Shown: piece by piece, positions 1 through 13,459 of the stretch
Layout: each line of letters opens with the position of its first letter
Numbering within the stretch: the first letter of the stretch is position 1
Assembly (NCBI RefSeq): GCF_036321535.1
Contig: NC_087436.1
Coordinates: 78,680,001-78,744,000, forward strand
DNA from: Camelus dromedarius
Lineage: Eukaryota
Direction: 5' to 3'
Length of the DNA: 64,000 nucleotides
Made by a program: the position numbers and the translations under genes
The notes under the pieces: model-generated
What the model was told of the DNA's origin: nothing
The model's database searches: none
The model's input: only the letters and a program-made list of their open reading frames with translations

Positions 1-1533
1 GCTTTTGGAGATGAAAATCTGTGGTTTGCCCTGTGTTTATTCCCCTAGCATTTTGAATGGTAAGTTTCTGCAGGCTTAGAATTAGAGATCTGCTTTGTGA
101 CTGGAGCTCCCCACAAAGTCAGCCTGTCCTGAGCATTCTGGGACTGAATTCTTGATTCAATTTGTGACCCCCAGATTATCGCCCTACTCCCTGCTTTTTG
201 GTTACTACTGATAATTGTAACCCTTGTCTGAAGACCACTGACAGCTTCTTCATGTTCTTGTCCTTAGCCACATTTGTTTCTAGTTGGCATCATAGTACAT
301 CTGTAATTTCAGGTCTTTCTCTTTTCCCTTAAGCCATTTCCTTCGGTTGCAGTCCTAGAAACTATTCCTGTTCTCCTTAGAGACTAGATGATCTCCAAGG
401 TGGCCTCAGAATGAAGCTGGCTCCCTCTGAGTCCTCCGCCAGGCGGTTTTATTCCTGCCCCTCAGCTTTTGTAAGCCCCGCGCCCAGTTAGGCAGTAGGG
501 CCAGAACGTGGCTTACCGGTAGCTGGGATGGGGCCGGGCAGCTGACTGCTGCCTTGCTCTCCTTTGTTATCTCTGGTCCTGAGTTTGGTACCATGTGTCC
601 AGAATTCCATCGCCAAGGCAGAGTAGGAGACTGAGTTGATATCCCAAATAATACTCAAGTATAAAGAGAGAATGGCAAGCCTTTTTCCCTTTGGAGGAAA
701 AAAAGAGGTCCAGAGTTTGAAATCAGCAAGTATTAGATAAGTGTCTTAATATTGTACAATTAGGGCAAAGAGATGCTTAGGGACAAAATTTGCCCCATGG
801 TCTTCTTGGTAGGCTGAATGCGGAACAGCAACTAACTAGGGTCAAGTCCTACGTAGATCGTGATGGCTCAACTTGGTGGAGATCCTGGGTTGCTAGTCAA
901 GAGGACTGTGCTTGAGGCGGTCAGGCTGGGAGCTAGGGGTGAGTGGAAGGCGGTGCTTCTGTTGCTGGACTGAGTTGCTTCTGCCGAGTTTGCCTGAGGA
1001 GGATTGTTGAGCACTTTTTTGCTCTGGAGGTGACACTCCTTTCACAGGAGGTAGGTAGGTGGTGGAGAAAACTCTACCCCGTTTACTCTTTCTTAGTACT
1101 GCTGCCCTTTAATTAATGCATTCTCTTCCTGTGACTGCTTTCCAAAGGTTGAGAAACTGCTGGGGTTTCGTATTACACCAGACCTAAATTCCAAAGATGT
1201 GTTTCAGGTTCTTCCCCGGTTTTGCTCTGTCTTTCCAAGTATGCCCCATCTCTCTGACCACAGACCTGTGTCCTGTCTCCCACACTGACTTGCTCGGTTC
1301 TTCCACTGTTTGCACGTGTGTTTTATGTCAGCCTACAGTGTCTCCTCTCTTGCCAGTTTTCCTTCCTTGAAATTTCTGATCAGAACTCACCATCTGTGTG
1401 GAGGAGTCATTTGTTAAATTGCGGATCAGTAGTTCCCTGTTGGGAACCTGAGGTTCTGCATTTTTAACAAGCCTCCAGATGATTCCCACACTGCTGGTGC
1501 AGGGATCACACTCAGCACGGTGATACTCTGGAG

Positions 1534-1744
1534 CAGGAGTTGGCAAACTTGTTCTGTAAAGAGCCAGATAGTAAATATTTTAGGCTTTGCAGGCCACACA
1601 ATCTCTGTCACAACTATTCTACCCTGGTCCTTGTAGTGCAAAGGCGTCCACAGACAGTACGTCAGTGAGTGGGTGAGCTTGGCTGTGTTCCAGTAAGACC
1701 GTATTTACAGAAACAGGTGGCAGGCCATAATTTGCTGATCCTTG
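1534..1744 (+). mobile_element. MER58A-like hAT-Charlie MITE
   Basis: Ends CAGGAGTTGGCAAAC...TTTGCTGATCCTTG with an 8-bp TSD ctctggag/ttctagag; internal sequence resembles MER58. Confidence 0.8.
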
Positions 1745-2621
1745 TTCTAGAGCACAGACTGTAGAGTCAGATACATGATTTCAAATTTTAGCTCTTCCAC
1801 TTGCTAGCTCTCGGTTTCTGTATCTGTAGAATGGAGGTAGTAATACTAACTACTTCAGGGTTGTTGTGAAGATTTTGATGGGAATGGAAGCTCCACAAAG
1901 GTGGGAACTTTGTTTTATTCACGTATCTCTGGTCCTAGAATAGTAGCTGGCACCTAGTAGGTGCTTAATTAATATAAAGTATTAACGATTGTCTCAAATG
2001 GAAATAAAATGAAGAGAGGAATGTAACCCAAGGCATGTTAGAGATATCTCCTGCAGTACGTAGATTAGTTTAATTTGACTAGTCCTGTTTTTACTCCTGC
2101 CCATCCATGCAATCACTGATCTTAAGGCACTCACAGTCTAATGAGAGGGACAATAGGTAATAATGTGTCAAATCATGTTGTCTTGATAGGACTAAATGCA
2201 GGGTGTAAGTGGAGCACATAGGATGCTCTAATACAGATAGTAGGAGCTCTGGAAGATAGACTGAGCTGAATTATTAAGAGTTGGAATTTGCCAGGCAAAA
2301 AAGATGGTCAGGCTAGCCAAGACTTATGACGTATGTGGGCCCCGGATGTGAGAGCAGGTATTTTGGCCTGATTAGATCCTGGGATTCCATTTGTCCCGTA
2401 TCTGCTTAATTGGTGTTATTCCTGACCGCTTGTCCTTTGGGGAACAGCTTGGTTCTCTGTAGGACTGATGGGAGGGAATGGAAGAAAGTTGTGGGCAGGA
2501 CATGGTTCTGTCCTTCCACATTCATAAGTGCTTGATAAAGCTCAGGAGTCTAGGATGCACCGCCATCCTAGTCTGTCAGACACACTTATGCGTTTAAAAA
2601 CTTTCTTCTATGGAAAATTAA

Positions 2622-2933
<312 letters not shown>

Positions 2934-3882
2934 AGAGGGTGTCTGAGGAAGACCATACTGTCTTCACGGAGTTGTCCCTGTAGTCTAGTTTTATCCTGAT
3001 GGTAAGAGTAATTTGCTTAAAAAATAGGGAGCACACACGTAAGGTATGCAAGTGTGTGTGTGTATCTGTTCAGTTACCTTTCACAGGCACGCAAGTGGAG
3101 AAAAGAATCTCAGTTCAGTGAAGCGGAATCTTATTTAAAGATGCTTTATATGTAGAAATTGTTCGAACCCCCTGCTCTAACCCTTATTGAGGGTGAAATA
3201 GAGTTGATAGAAGGAATTACTATTATACAGGTCAGATGTGTTATGTTTATCAAGTCATGTACCAAAATGGAAAGGTAGGTTTGAGAAATTACTCAGAAGC
3301 CTTGTTACTTTAAAAAGTAGAAGTATTTCTAAGACATTCCTAATAATAACTTATCCCCCTTTTAAACTGTGAATTAGAAGATGGCAACAACTGAATTTCA
3401 AAACAGTGGCCTCCCTCTATACAAATGACAAAGCTATTTGTTTCTGCTCCAAAAGAGCAAAATTGGGAAAGGAAACTCGTCTGAGTCTTGATCAGTCAGG
3501 TGTCTGTTAGGTAAGAAACTGGCTAGTCATTGTGGCACCCACAGCAAGCAGTTGCCTTACCCGTGAAAAAGGTGCACTAACGTGACAGCTAAGATAGAAA
3601 CGTGCTCCCTAATGTTTAACAAAACAGTCCTGATCCTACCAGTTGTTACCATAGATTTCATAGATGCCTTTCTAACTACTTGTTAGCACAGTTTGAGAAC
3701 ATTTGTTAATTGCTATTTCCTGCTAAAAACCAGAAAATTTACTAAAATCAGTCCACAAGGCCTAGAAGAGCCCTAATATGTAATATTTTCCTCTGAAATG
3801 GAGGTGAGAAATGTACATTTTTAAAATATTAACTATCCTGGTTCATTCTAATGGAATGTCATGTCAGTTTCATATGATGATT

Positions 3883-3888
3883 AATAAA
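3883..3888 (+). terminator. ENOPH1: ENOPH1 polyadenylation signal (AATAAA), giving a 3'UTR of about 0.97 kb
   Basis: AATAAA followed by T-rich and GT-rich downstream sequence, at the end of a repeat-free UTR. Confidence 0.75.
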
Positions 3889-4683
3889 AACATTTTCTTC
3901 TTCACTCAGTTTTATGTAGGTTCATGAACTGTATCACATACTGCTATAAGCGGAAGAGAAACTGAAGAGAGACTGGAAAAATGAGAATTTTATTTTAGTT
4001 TTTGCCTTAACCTTGTGTGTTTGTTTGATACGTGTGTGTGTGTGTGTTTTAATGGAATGCCAGTAGAAAATCATTGACTATTATTTGAGTTATGTGTACA
4101 GATAAGGCTCACCTCAGTTTATTATTTCATTTGGATAGTAAACATTCAAGACATGAATGGATTCCTTAAATTTTTGAGAATCTTATATTTGAAGTATAGA
4201 AGATAATGCTTGAAGGAGGCAATTATTCTCTTAATTAATCAAGAAAAACTAATGAATCCTAGAGGGATAATTTTGAAAAGGCTTTGAATCAAGAAAAGGA
4301 AGTAGCCTTGCAAATAGGAGAAGGCAGGGACTATAAAAGACTTTATGCTGATGGTTTATTATCTTCTAGTAGCTAATTAAGAAGTCTAAGGACTGTGAAG
4401 ACATAGAAGAGTAGTAAAAGGGAAATGAATTTAAGTAAATCTTAGAAATGGGGGGTAATGGGTAAGTGATGGTAAAGCCACAAATGGTAAAGGATGAACT
4501 TCATATAATTTCTGAAAAAACTCATGGGAAGACAAAGAGAAAAGGGTCTCTTAACGAAAGTAAAAGAATAATTAGAAAAGTGAGGAAGGAATGAGAGACA
4601 ATTATGCACCAGAGACTAGATTAGAAAGGAACAGGAGAAGGAGGGTGCTCAGTATCTAGCCAGCAGAGAACCGAGGTGGAGAC

Positions 4684-5009
4684 TCTCAGTCCGTTTAGGC
4701 TGCTGGAACAGAATCTCAGACTGGGTCGCTTATAAACAACAAAACTTTATTTTTCACAGTTCTGGGGGCTGGGAAGTCCAAGATCAAGGTACTGGCAAAT
4801 TCAGTGTCTGGTGAGAGCCTGCTTCCTCATGGGCTGTCTTTTCACTGTTGCCTCACATGGTGCAAGGGGTGAAGGAGCTTTCTTGGACTTCTTTTTTAAG
4901 GACACTAATCTCATTCATGGACCCAAAGGCCCCACCTCCAATGCGTCACCTTGGAGGTTAGAGTTCAACATAAGAACTTTAGGGGGACATAAACATTCAG
5001 TCTACAGCA
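4684..5009 (-). mobile_element. MaLR LTR (MLT1A/C-like)
   Basis: Typical MaLR motifs (ttttcacagttctgggggctgggaagtccaagatcaagg; aaggcccacctccaat). Confidence 0.75.
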
Positions 5010-5720
5010 GGAGGCATCCATGATAAAGAGGGTACCAGAAAAACTAGTTTATATGGAGTTGATGAGGATGGAAATGGATTAAAAACTTAAGAAGAAGTGA
5101 GAAAGTTGCAATATCAGATTCAGTTTGTCAGAGTGGGGTATGAAGGAAGGGAAATGAATGAGAAATATTTCTGAAGTGCTGAGGAACCCATTCATAATTA
5201 ATGTGGTGGAAAAGGATCTTGAGAAGAACCTGAGTTTGTAAAGGAGGCTGGGGCATAAAGGAAAAATGCCCAGAGTCAGCAGTGATTTAGGAGGTGTCCA
5301 GATCAAATCATGGTCCTTAGTAAGGGAAAGAGGAAAAAAATCTCACCTCTGGAATTTCCGAAAAGAGACCAAAGGCACTAAATTTTCTCAGCATCTTGTC
5401 TGCAGAGAATACAGGGTACAAAGTCCTCTTAGTGGCCCTTTTTATTCCTGTTTGTTAATTCAGATCTCCCTTAGTTGGGCTCTGCCCCACAGGGTACTGT
5501 TTTCAATCTTGGGTCAAAATCCAAGTTGATTTCTTAGAAGAGAAGCCTCAGACAAAAGGGAATCTTTAATCTTATCAACACTTCTGGTGTAGCCCACCTT
5601 CCTGTTTGGCCTTCTGCAAGGTTGGCTTGAGTTGCTAAGCCTAACGGATGTCCAGTTTAGGGTTGTGTAGAGAGGTTGAGAGCCCTGGGCTTGTCACCAA
5701 GGTCGGTGCACAGCAGCCTT

Positions 5721-5739
5721 TGCCCAGCAGATGGCGCTG
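5721..5739 (+). promoter_or_regulatory. CTCF-binding motif (forward)
   Basis: TGCCCAGCAGATGGCGCTG matches the core CCASYAGRKGGCRS with its CpG retained, in non-repeat intergenic DNA. Confidence 0.7.
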
Positions 5740-6229
5740 TTTCTCTGGAGACTATCAAGTGAGCTCCCCCACCCCAACCCCCAGATACAGCACATGGAGC
5801 TAAGAGGTAGCATTCAGAGAGAAAAATCAGTATATTTATCCTTAAAAAACCGTAGCATGATATTTCAAAAGTCAGAGTAGTTTGGGAAAAATGGCAGTAA
5901 TCCTGAATGAAGTCCACCCACTAATATTTCTCTTCCCTCCTTGTCCCCTAAGTCACATTTAAAAAAAAAAAAAAAGGAATGATTTTTGAATAACTGGTCT
6001 TTCCAGCTTCAGTGTTAAAAAGAACTTGGTTTGGGATTTTTAAATTCCCATCAGAGAATGAAGTTGAGTGTAATATGTGCCAAAACAATTTGTTATTCCC
6101 ACCACTCCTGCCTAGGTGGTAAACTGCTATTGTCCTCAATTTAACATTTAAGAATAATTTGTGGTTTTTGCTAAAACATTGGAGTAACTCTATCTAACAG
6201 AATTAAGATTCACTCTGCTTGCAGATTTT

Positions 6230-7860
6230 ACCCAGGTTATTCATGTAAGTATGTATTAAGCATCTACAATGTGTTGTAAGGAAACAAAGTCCCTCGCTAC
6301 TCTCATGATGCATCCACTTTTGGAGGAGGCAGCCAATAAATAAAAAACAATGATAACAGAACATTAGACACCACAAAATGCTCTGCAGAGAAAATAGTGT
6401 AGAGTGGCTTTTTACAAGGAGGGTGTTAAGGTGACATCTAATCCGAACATGAAAGATTAGATATGTAAGAAGCTAGAAGGAAGAGCATTCCACGAAGATG
6501 GAATAGCATATAGGAAAGATCTAGGGCAAAGCTTGGCCTAGTCCAGGAATTAGGAGAAGGCCGGTGTCTGGCTGCCACCGGAGAAGTGGGCAGAGCCGGA
6601 TTGAGGGCTGTGTACCACAGTAAAGAGTTTGGGTTGTTTTGTACATGTAGTAGGAAGCCACTGGAGAATTTTAAACAGAAGATGACATGATGTGACTTAC
6701 GTTTTTAGGGCAATTCTCGGTTGGATGGAGAGTGGATTATAGGTGGGCAAGAGTGCATGCAGAAAAAGTAGCTAGATGTATCAGGGTTGAATGCCAGGGC
6801 AGAAACCCTTGAGGTATTTATTCAGAGAGGTATTTAAAGCAAGGAGTGAGACATTTACAAAACCAATGGGGAGGACTAGAGCAGTAGTCAGGGGACACCC
6901 CCAGTAGTTGTAATCCAGAGTGGAGGAACCCTGCCACAGTTACAATCCTACTCATATCCACAAAGTTGGCCAGACACTAGAATGCAAGTTAACCCATTAC
7001 AGCTTCCTCCAAACACTTGTTCTCTGTGACTTTGCTCACCAGGAGCAAACCAATAGGAAGATTGCCTCTGTCTTGCTTCTCTTCACAAACTTTGTGCTAC
7101 TGCATTGAATTGGCAGTACCTAATTTTAACCCAGTACTCTACATGCTAGGGTGTCTGGGACATATCTTTAGGTTTATAGTGTGTCCAGTTTATGGATAAA
7201 ATCATGCTTGAAAGAGACAATTTGCTAGATCTGAGGTAGTACACTATTACAGTGATAAAGGTAAAGGATGGTGGTGGCCTGGCTTAGGATGATGATAGTG
7301 GAAATAGACAGAAGTGGACACATTCAGAATATGTGTTAGAGGTGACAATGGCTCACTTGTTTATTGATTGGATTTGGGAGGATAACATCTAGATTTTTAG
7401 CTTGAGTTGTTGGATAGATGGTACCCCTGACGTTGCATGTCAAGTGTGTAATGCCAGCGTGGACATGACCAACAAGCAGTTGGCTTTAGTCTAGAGCTGA
7501 GGGCCTTGCCATGGCTGGAGATCAGGTTTGTGAGTTCATTGGCCGGGAGATGCTATAAAAGCCATGGGGTGTGGTCACATAAGAGGAGCCTGTTGATAGG
7601 AAACGTAGACAGAACCCTTAGGCTCCAACATTAGAGATCAAGTTAAGGAGAGAAGCCAGCAAAGGAGATGGAAAAGGATTGGGCGTGGAGGATGGAAAGT
7701 CCGGAGGGCAGTGTGAGAGCCAAGTGAAGAAGGAAGCACTCAAATGTGTCAAGTGATGGTAGGAACTCAGGTCAGTTGAGAACAGCAGTAGCCCTTGGAT
7801 TAGAGAAGCGCAGTCTTGGTGGAACGGTGGGAACAAAAATAAGATTAGTTTGAGCAGAGA
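6230..7860 (-). mobile_element. Ancient L2 fragments (discontinuous)
   Basis: L2 3'-end-like text (attcatgtaagtatgtattaagcatctac) and purine-rich L2 body segments. Confidence 0.55.
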
Positions 7861-7869
7861 ATATAAGGT

Positions 7870-9690
7870 CTAACTAAAGATCTATCAATTTTGTGGACCT
7901 TTTTGAAGAACCAACTTAGGGTTTTTTGATCCTCTGTTTTATTTATCTCTACTCTAATTTTCATTATTTCCTCCTTCTGCTTGTGTGAGGTTTAGCTGGC
8001 TCTTTTTCTACTTCCTTAAGGTGGATGGTTAGGTTGTTTGAGATCTTTCTTGTTTTTTTTACCGTAGTCATTTATAGCTGTGCATTTCCCTCTGAATACT
8101 GCTTTCACCGCGTCCTGTAGGTTTGGGTATCTTGTGCTTTCATTTTCCTTCATCTCAAAGTATTTTCTAGTTTCCCTTGTGATTTCTTCTTTGACCCATT
8201 GGTTGTTTAAGAGTGTGTTAAGTTTCCACATATTTGTGAATTTTCTAAATTTCCTTCTGTTATTGACTTCTAATTTCATTCTGTTGTATTTGGAGAACAT
8301 ACTTTGTATGAGTTTGATCTTTTTACATTTATTGAGACTTGTTTTGTGGCCTTACTGTTTACATGGCATATCTTTTTTAATCCTTTTACTTTCAACCTAT
8401 TTTTGTCTTTGAACCTAAAATGTGTTTCATATAGACAGTGTATAGTGGATTATGTTTTAAAAATCCATTCTGCCAGTCTCTGCCTTTTAATTGAAGAGTT
8501 TAATCCATCCCATTTCATGTAATTACTGATAAGGACTTCTGTCACTTTGCTGTTGGGCACAAACTTATAACTAGACGATGAAAAAGTTCTGGAGATCTAA
8601 TGCATTGCACCGTGATTATAGTTACCAGTACTGCATCGTATCCTCCAAAACTGATTTCTATAGTATATCTTTTTTGTTCCTCAGTCCTCTGTTATTATCT
8701 TGTATTAAATAGGTATTTTCTAGTATGCCATTTTAATTCCCTTGTCATTTCATATACTATATATTCTTTTTTAAATAGACTTTTTTTTTTAGAGCAGTTT
8801 CAGGTGCACAGCAAAATTGAGCAGAAAATACAAAGTTTCCACTTAGCCTTCCCCACCCACACATATATACTCCCCTGCCCTCAACATCCCTCATCAGTGT
8901 GCATATTTGGTATAATTGATGAACCAACATGGGCACATTAATATCAACCAAAGTCCATAGTTTACATTAGGGTTCAATCTTGATGTTGTACGTTCTAGGG
9001 TTTTGACGTGCATAATGACATGTAGCCACCACTGTAGTATCACACAGAATAATTTCATTGCCCTAAAAATCCCTTGTGCTCCATCTGTTCATCCCTCCCT
9101 CCCTCCCTCTCCCCAAACCCCTGGAAACCATGATCTTTTTATTGTTTGTGTAGCTGTGCCTTTTCCAGAATGTCATTTGGTTGGAATCATACAGTTTGTA
9201 GCCTTTTCAGACTGGCTTCTTTCATTTAGTAATATGTCTTAAGTTTCTTCCATGTCTTTCATGGCTTGATGGCTCATTTTTTTCCCACTGCACATACATT
9301 TTTTAATTTACATATATGTACTGTTCATTGTTTCTAAGAACGTTTAGAGCTTTAGCTTTTTAAACTTACATAGTTATCAAAGGAATAAAGCCATATACTA
9401 TATATTCTTGAGTTATTTGGTTTCTCTGGGGATTGTAATTAACATCTTAATTTATAACAATCTAGTTCTAATTAGAACTACCTTAGTTTTAATAGGATAT
9501 GAAAGTTTGCTCTTATGTAACGCCATCCTCCCCCACCTTGCTTATGTTGTCACAAATCACAGCTTTATACACTGTGTGCCCATCAACATAGATTTATAAT
9601 TACTGCTTTATGCCCTTGTCTTTTAAATCAGATAGGAGAAAAAAAGGAGTTACAAACAACAAATACATTTATATTTCCTTTTGGTATTTA
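7870..9690 (-). mobile_element. L1 fragments (ORF2 remnant plus nested L1 3'UTR pieces)
   Basis: Minus ORF 8016-8300 reads NMWKLNTLLNNQWVKEEITRE...YPNLQDAVKAVFRGK, i.e. L1 ORF2p; L1 3'UTR at about 8760-9290. Confidence 0.85.
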
Positions 9691-9695
9691 TCTGT

Positions 9696-10121
9696 TGTAT
9701 TAGTTTCCTAGGGCTGCAAAGTACCACAGATTGGGTGGCTTAAAGGAACAGAAGTTTACTCTCTCACAGTTCTGGATACCAAAAATCTGAAATCAAGGTG
9801 CCAGCTGAGTTGGTTGCTTCTGGAGGCCCTGAAGGAGTCTGGTGTGGGCCTTCTAGCTCGGGACAGCTGACAGTCCTTAGCGCCCCTGGGCTTGCAGGGG
9901 CGTTCCTCCAGGCTCCATCTCCACATCACACGGCATTCTCCCTGGGTGTTGTCTTCATGTAGCCGTCTTACAGGCACCCCAGTAGTACTGGATTAGAGGC
10001 CGGCCTGCTCTACTCCAGCATGACCTCATCTTAGCTAACTGCATCTGCAATGGCTCTGTTTGCAAATAAGGTGACATTCTGTGTTTCTGGGGACTAGGAC
10101 TTCAACATTCAACCCATAACA
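9696..10121 (-). mobile_element. MaLR LTR (MLT1B/C-like)
   Basis: TGTATTAGTTTCCTAGGGCTGC...CAACCCATAACA ends. Confidence 0.8.
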
Positions 10122-10309
10122 TCAGAGCTTTTCAAAACCTCTCATTCTCCACTCTTTCCTCTAAAGCTTTTTGGTTAGTCTATCATTTGTCCCAACTGTC
10201 ACCCATTGCTCCAGGCAGCTGTGACGAGTACATTTCCCGTTAAATGCTCTTGACAAATACCCCTGGGTGGCTGCCTCAGCACTGTAGAGTTCTTAGGCAA
10301 GATAAAGGT

Positions 10310-10629
10310 TGTGGATTGAATTGTGTTTGGAGGCCCTCTGCTCCCCTGCCCCTCTCAAATTCATTTGTTGGTTCTGACCTCCAGTGTGACTGTATTTGGA
10401 GACAGGGCCTTTAGGAGATAATTAGGGTAAAGTCCTCAGGGTGGGGCCCTAATCCAATGGGACTGATGTCCTTACAAGAGGAGGAAGAGACACCAGAGAG
10501 CCCTTATGAAAAGCTGAATCAGCCAGACCTTGATCTTGGACTTCCCAGCCTCCAGAACTGTGAGAAAATAAACTCCTGTTTTAAACAGCCAGCCTGTAGG
10601 GTTTTGTTCCTGCGGCTTGCACTAATACA
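10310..10629 (+). mobile_element. MaLR LTR (MLT1A-like)
   Basis: gtgactgtatttggagacagggccttta...ttggacttcccagcctccagaactgtgagaaaataaa...actaataca. Confidence 0.8.
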
Positions 10630-10777
10630 CAGCCCAAGCAAACAACCATGATTCTTAGTGAATGAGGTCCACTGTTCCGCTCCCTCTGGTACTCTTACCT
10701 GTACCAGAAATAAAGGCTGTTATTTCCAAGGCCACCACTGAGCCAGCGAGCAGGGATGGGACCAAGATTCAGCTGGT

Positions 10778-10990
10778 TTTTGTTGTTGCTGTTTTTAATG
10801 GAAGTACTAGGGATTGAACGCAGGACCTTGCGCACGCGAAGGCCGTTTGAGAAGTGCTCTACCACTGAGCTATACCGTCTCCACAACGTTTCTTTTTTTT
10901 TTCCTTAATGGAGGTACTGGGGTTTGAACCCAGGACCTCATATACGCTAAGCACGCTAAGCATATGCTCTGCCACTGAGCTGTTTCCCAC
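10778..10990 (-). mobile_element. Two tandem camelid tRNA-Ala-derived SINEs
   Basis: Two tRNA-Ala-like heads (A box TAGCTCAGTGG, B box GGTTCAA) each with an A-rich tail; outer TSD cagctg(g)ttt. Confidence 0.85.
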
Positions 10991-11159
10991 CAGCTGTTTC
11001 TTGATTAAGCATTCCCCGTGGCTGCCGCAAGGTTTTACTTACTTTCCAGAATTCTGAAAAAGTTGATTCGGACAGTTTTTGCTGGTCTGTTTGTTGCTTT
11101 GTTGGAGGGAGGGACTTGAGGTGTACCTTACTCCTCCGTTTTCACTGATGTCACATCAC

Positions 11160-11692
11160 ATGCTCTTTTAACAACGTGATGTTGACACTCCTCCCACCAA
11201 GAGCTGGGGGCCTTTGTTCCCTCCCCTTGAATCTGAGTGGAAGCTGATGACCTCTCCAGCAGAAAACAGCCCTCAGAGGTGATGCTCTGTGACTTTCAAG
11301 GCTAGGTTATGAAAAGGATACAGCTTCTATATCCTTTGTTCAGTACCTGGGGGTTGGACACTTGCTCTGGGGAAGCCAGCGATTGTGCTGTGAGGCCCCA
11401 CATTAGCCCATGTGGAGAGACCAGGTGGAGAGGCCCGTGGGGAGAGGAATTGAGGCCCCATGCTGACGGCCAGCCTCAATCTCCAGGCAAAGAATAAACT
11501 AGCCTTCAGATGCTTCCAGCCTCCAGCCCTTGTCATCCAGCTGAGACCTCAGACACCATGGAGCAGAAATCAGTGGTCCCTGCTGTGCCTTGTCTGAATT
11601 CCTGACCCACAGAATCTGTGAGCATAATAAAAAGTTGTTTTTATGCCACTGTCTTTTGTGGTAATTTGCTAGGCAGCCACAGGAACTGGAAA
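11160..11692 (+). mobile_element. MaLR LTR (MLT1F/G-like)
   Basis: tgaattcctgacccacagaatctgtgagcataataaaa...ttttatgccact motif. Confidence 0.7.
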
Positions 11693-12749
11693 GTCACCAA
11701 GTGAGCCATACGGTAGCAGGCAGTGGGCAGACTTCATCCCTTCCAGCACAGCTAGGATTGAAAGGGCCCACGCTGGAGAGTGCAGTGAGGAACGTCAAGA
11801 TTGCCTCACATGCTCCTTTATCCTCCCTCCAAAAGTGGCATCTCTCATCTTCCTAGATTCTGATGAGTGTCCCCAGCCTCCCAGTCATCCAGGCTTGAAA
11901 TCTCAGAATGTCTTTGATTTTTCCTTCCCCTTCACCCTCACATGGGCAACAAGTGACGCCCACTGTCTTTTTCACAGTGCCTCACACATTTGTTCTTTTC
12001 TTTCCATTCCTAGCAGCCTGTGCTTGAAATTCCAGAAGTTCATTATTACCCACAGAATAAAATGCAATGGAGTAGAAAAAGACGGCCAGTAATAGGCATA
12101 ATGCTTTCAGGTTTTGTACTAGAAAAAGGTAGTACTTAAAGCTTTCCAGGGCAAAGTAATGATAATGCTCATAGACATGATTTGGAAGCCCACTGTATTT
12201 TGAGAAAGGTCCTCTAGGGCCATTGGAGAAGCAAATCACCGGGTAGTCTCTGGAGGAATTCTAATCCCCAAATCCACCTTGTTCCTGTGTTTAGTCAAAG
12301 CTCTCTACCTCTAGCTCCTCTGAACAATCCCTGGCTAGAAATCTAAACTTGGTTTAGAAAAACCTGGAGGTGTTAGATGTTATTCTAATATTGACTGTGA
12401 AATAAATCCCTTAGTTCTGCTTTCTACAGAAATAATCATTCAACGACTTAAACTCTTTATCCTGACCCAAATGGCATTTGTAAGGAGAGTTTTTGATGAG
12501 CTAAATTTTGAAAATCTGAGTATGACCTAGAGGGTCATCTCAGCTTTCGTTCTTAAAACTGTGAAATAGATGCTATTTTCCTTGCTAAGACCCCAGTTAT
12601 CCAACAATAACGATTTTATTTTTGAGGCTCCACAAGCGGAAATCAGGTGCTGACGCAGGGTTTGCATAAGGATTATTTCAGGTCCTATTTAGAACTTGGA
12701 GATTTAACGTGTACTAGTTGCTGCAGACACTTAAGAAGTAACCCTTTTT

Positions 12750-13081
12750 AAAACAGAAATAGACTCACAGACATAGAATACAAACTTGTGGTTGCCAAGG
12801 GGGCGGGGGGGGGTGGGAAGAGATAGACTGGATTTCAAAATTGTAGAATAGATAAACAAGATTATACTGTACAGCACAGGGAAATATATACAAGATCTTA
12901 TGGTAGCTCACAGAAAAAAATGTGACAATGAATATACATGTTCATGTATAACTGAAAAATTGTGCTCTACACTGGAATTTGACACAACATTGTAAAATGA
13001 TTATAAATCAATAAAAAATGTTAAAAAATAAATAAAATAAAATTAATTTTCTTTGTGCAGAACAAAAAAAAAAAAAAGAAG
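12750..13081 (+). mobile_element. Young camelid L1 3' end with poly(A)
   Basis: aaaacagaaatagactcacagacatagaatacaaacttgtggttgcc...aataaa plus A tail; TSD aagaagtRacccttttt. Confidence 0.85.
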
Positions 13082-13098
13082 AAGAAGTGACCCTTTTT

Positions 13099-13234
13099 GG
13101 GGGGAGGGTGTAGCTCAGCAGAAGAGCTCATGCTTAACACGCATGAGGTCCTAGGTTCAAGCCCCAGGACCTCCATTAAAAAATAAGTAAATAAATAAAC
13201 CTAATTCCTCCCAACAAAAAAAAAATTTTTTTTA
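13099..13234 (+). mobile_element. Camelid tRNA-Ala-derived SINE
   Basis: ggggagggtgtagctcag...ggttcaagccccaggacctccattaaaa, then the aataaacctaatt tail; TSD aagtgacccttttt. Confidence 0.9.
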
Positions 13235-13459
13235 AAGTGACCCTTTTTATAATCTAGAGCTTTCTCCTTAAGACACAGAAAGCTGTTTGCTAGGAGAAGC
13301 AGGGGGACAATCTTATCCACTGAAATCTGACCATGTTACCATCGTTTCCTAAGTGCCTTGAACCAGAGCAGCTCATATTTAAGAGACTAAATCTTAAAAA
13401 AAAAAAAAAGGAAGAAAAAAAGAAAAAAGAAAGAAAAGAAAAGAGGGGAGTAGTAGCTA

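Noticed and set aside
400..1140. GC-richer intronic segment of ENOPH1, possibly an old LTR
   Set aside because: Ends and family could not be defined from the sequence alone.
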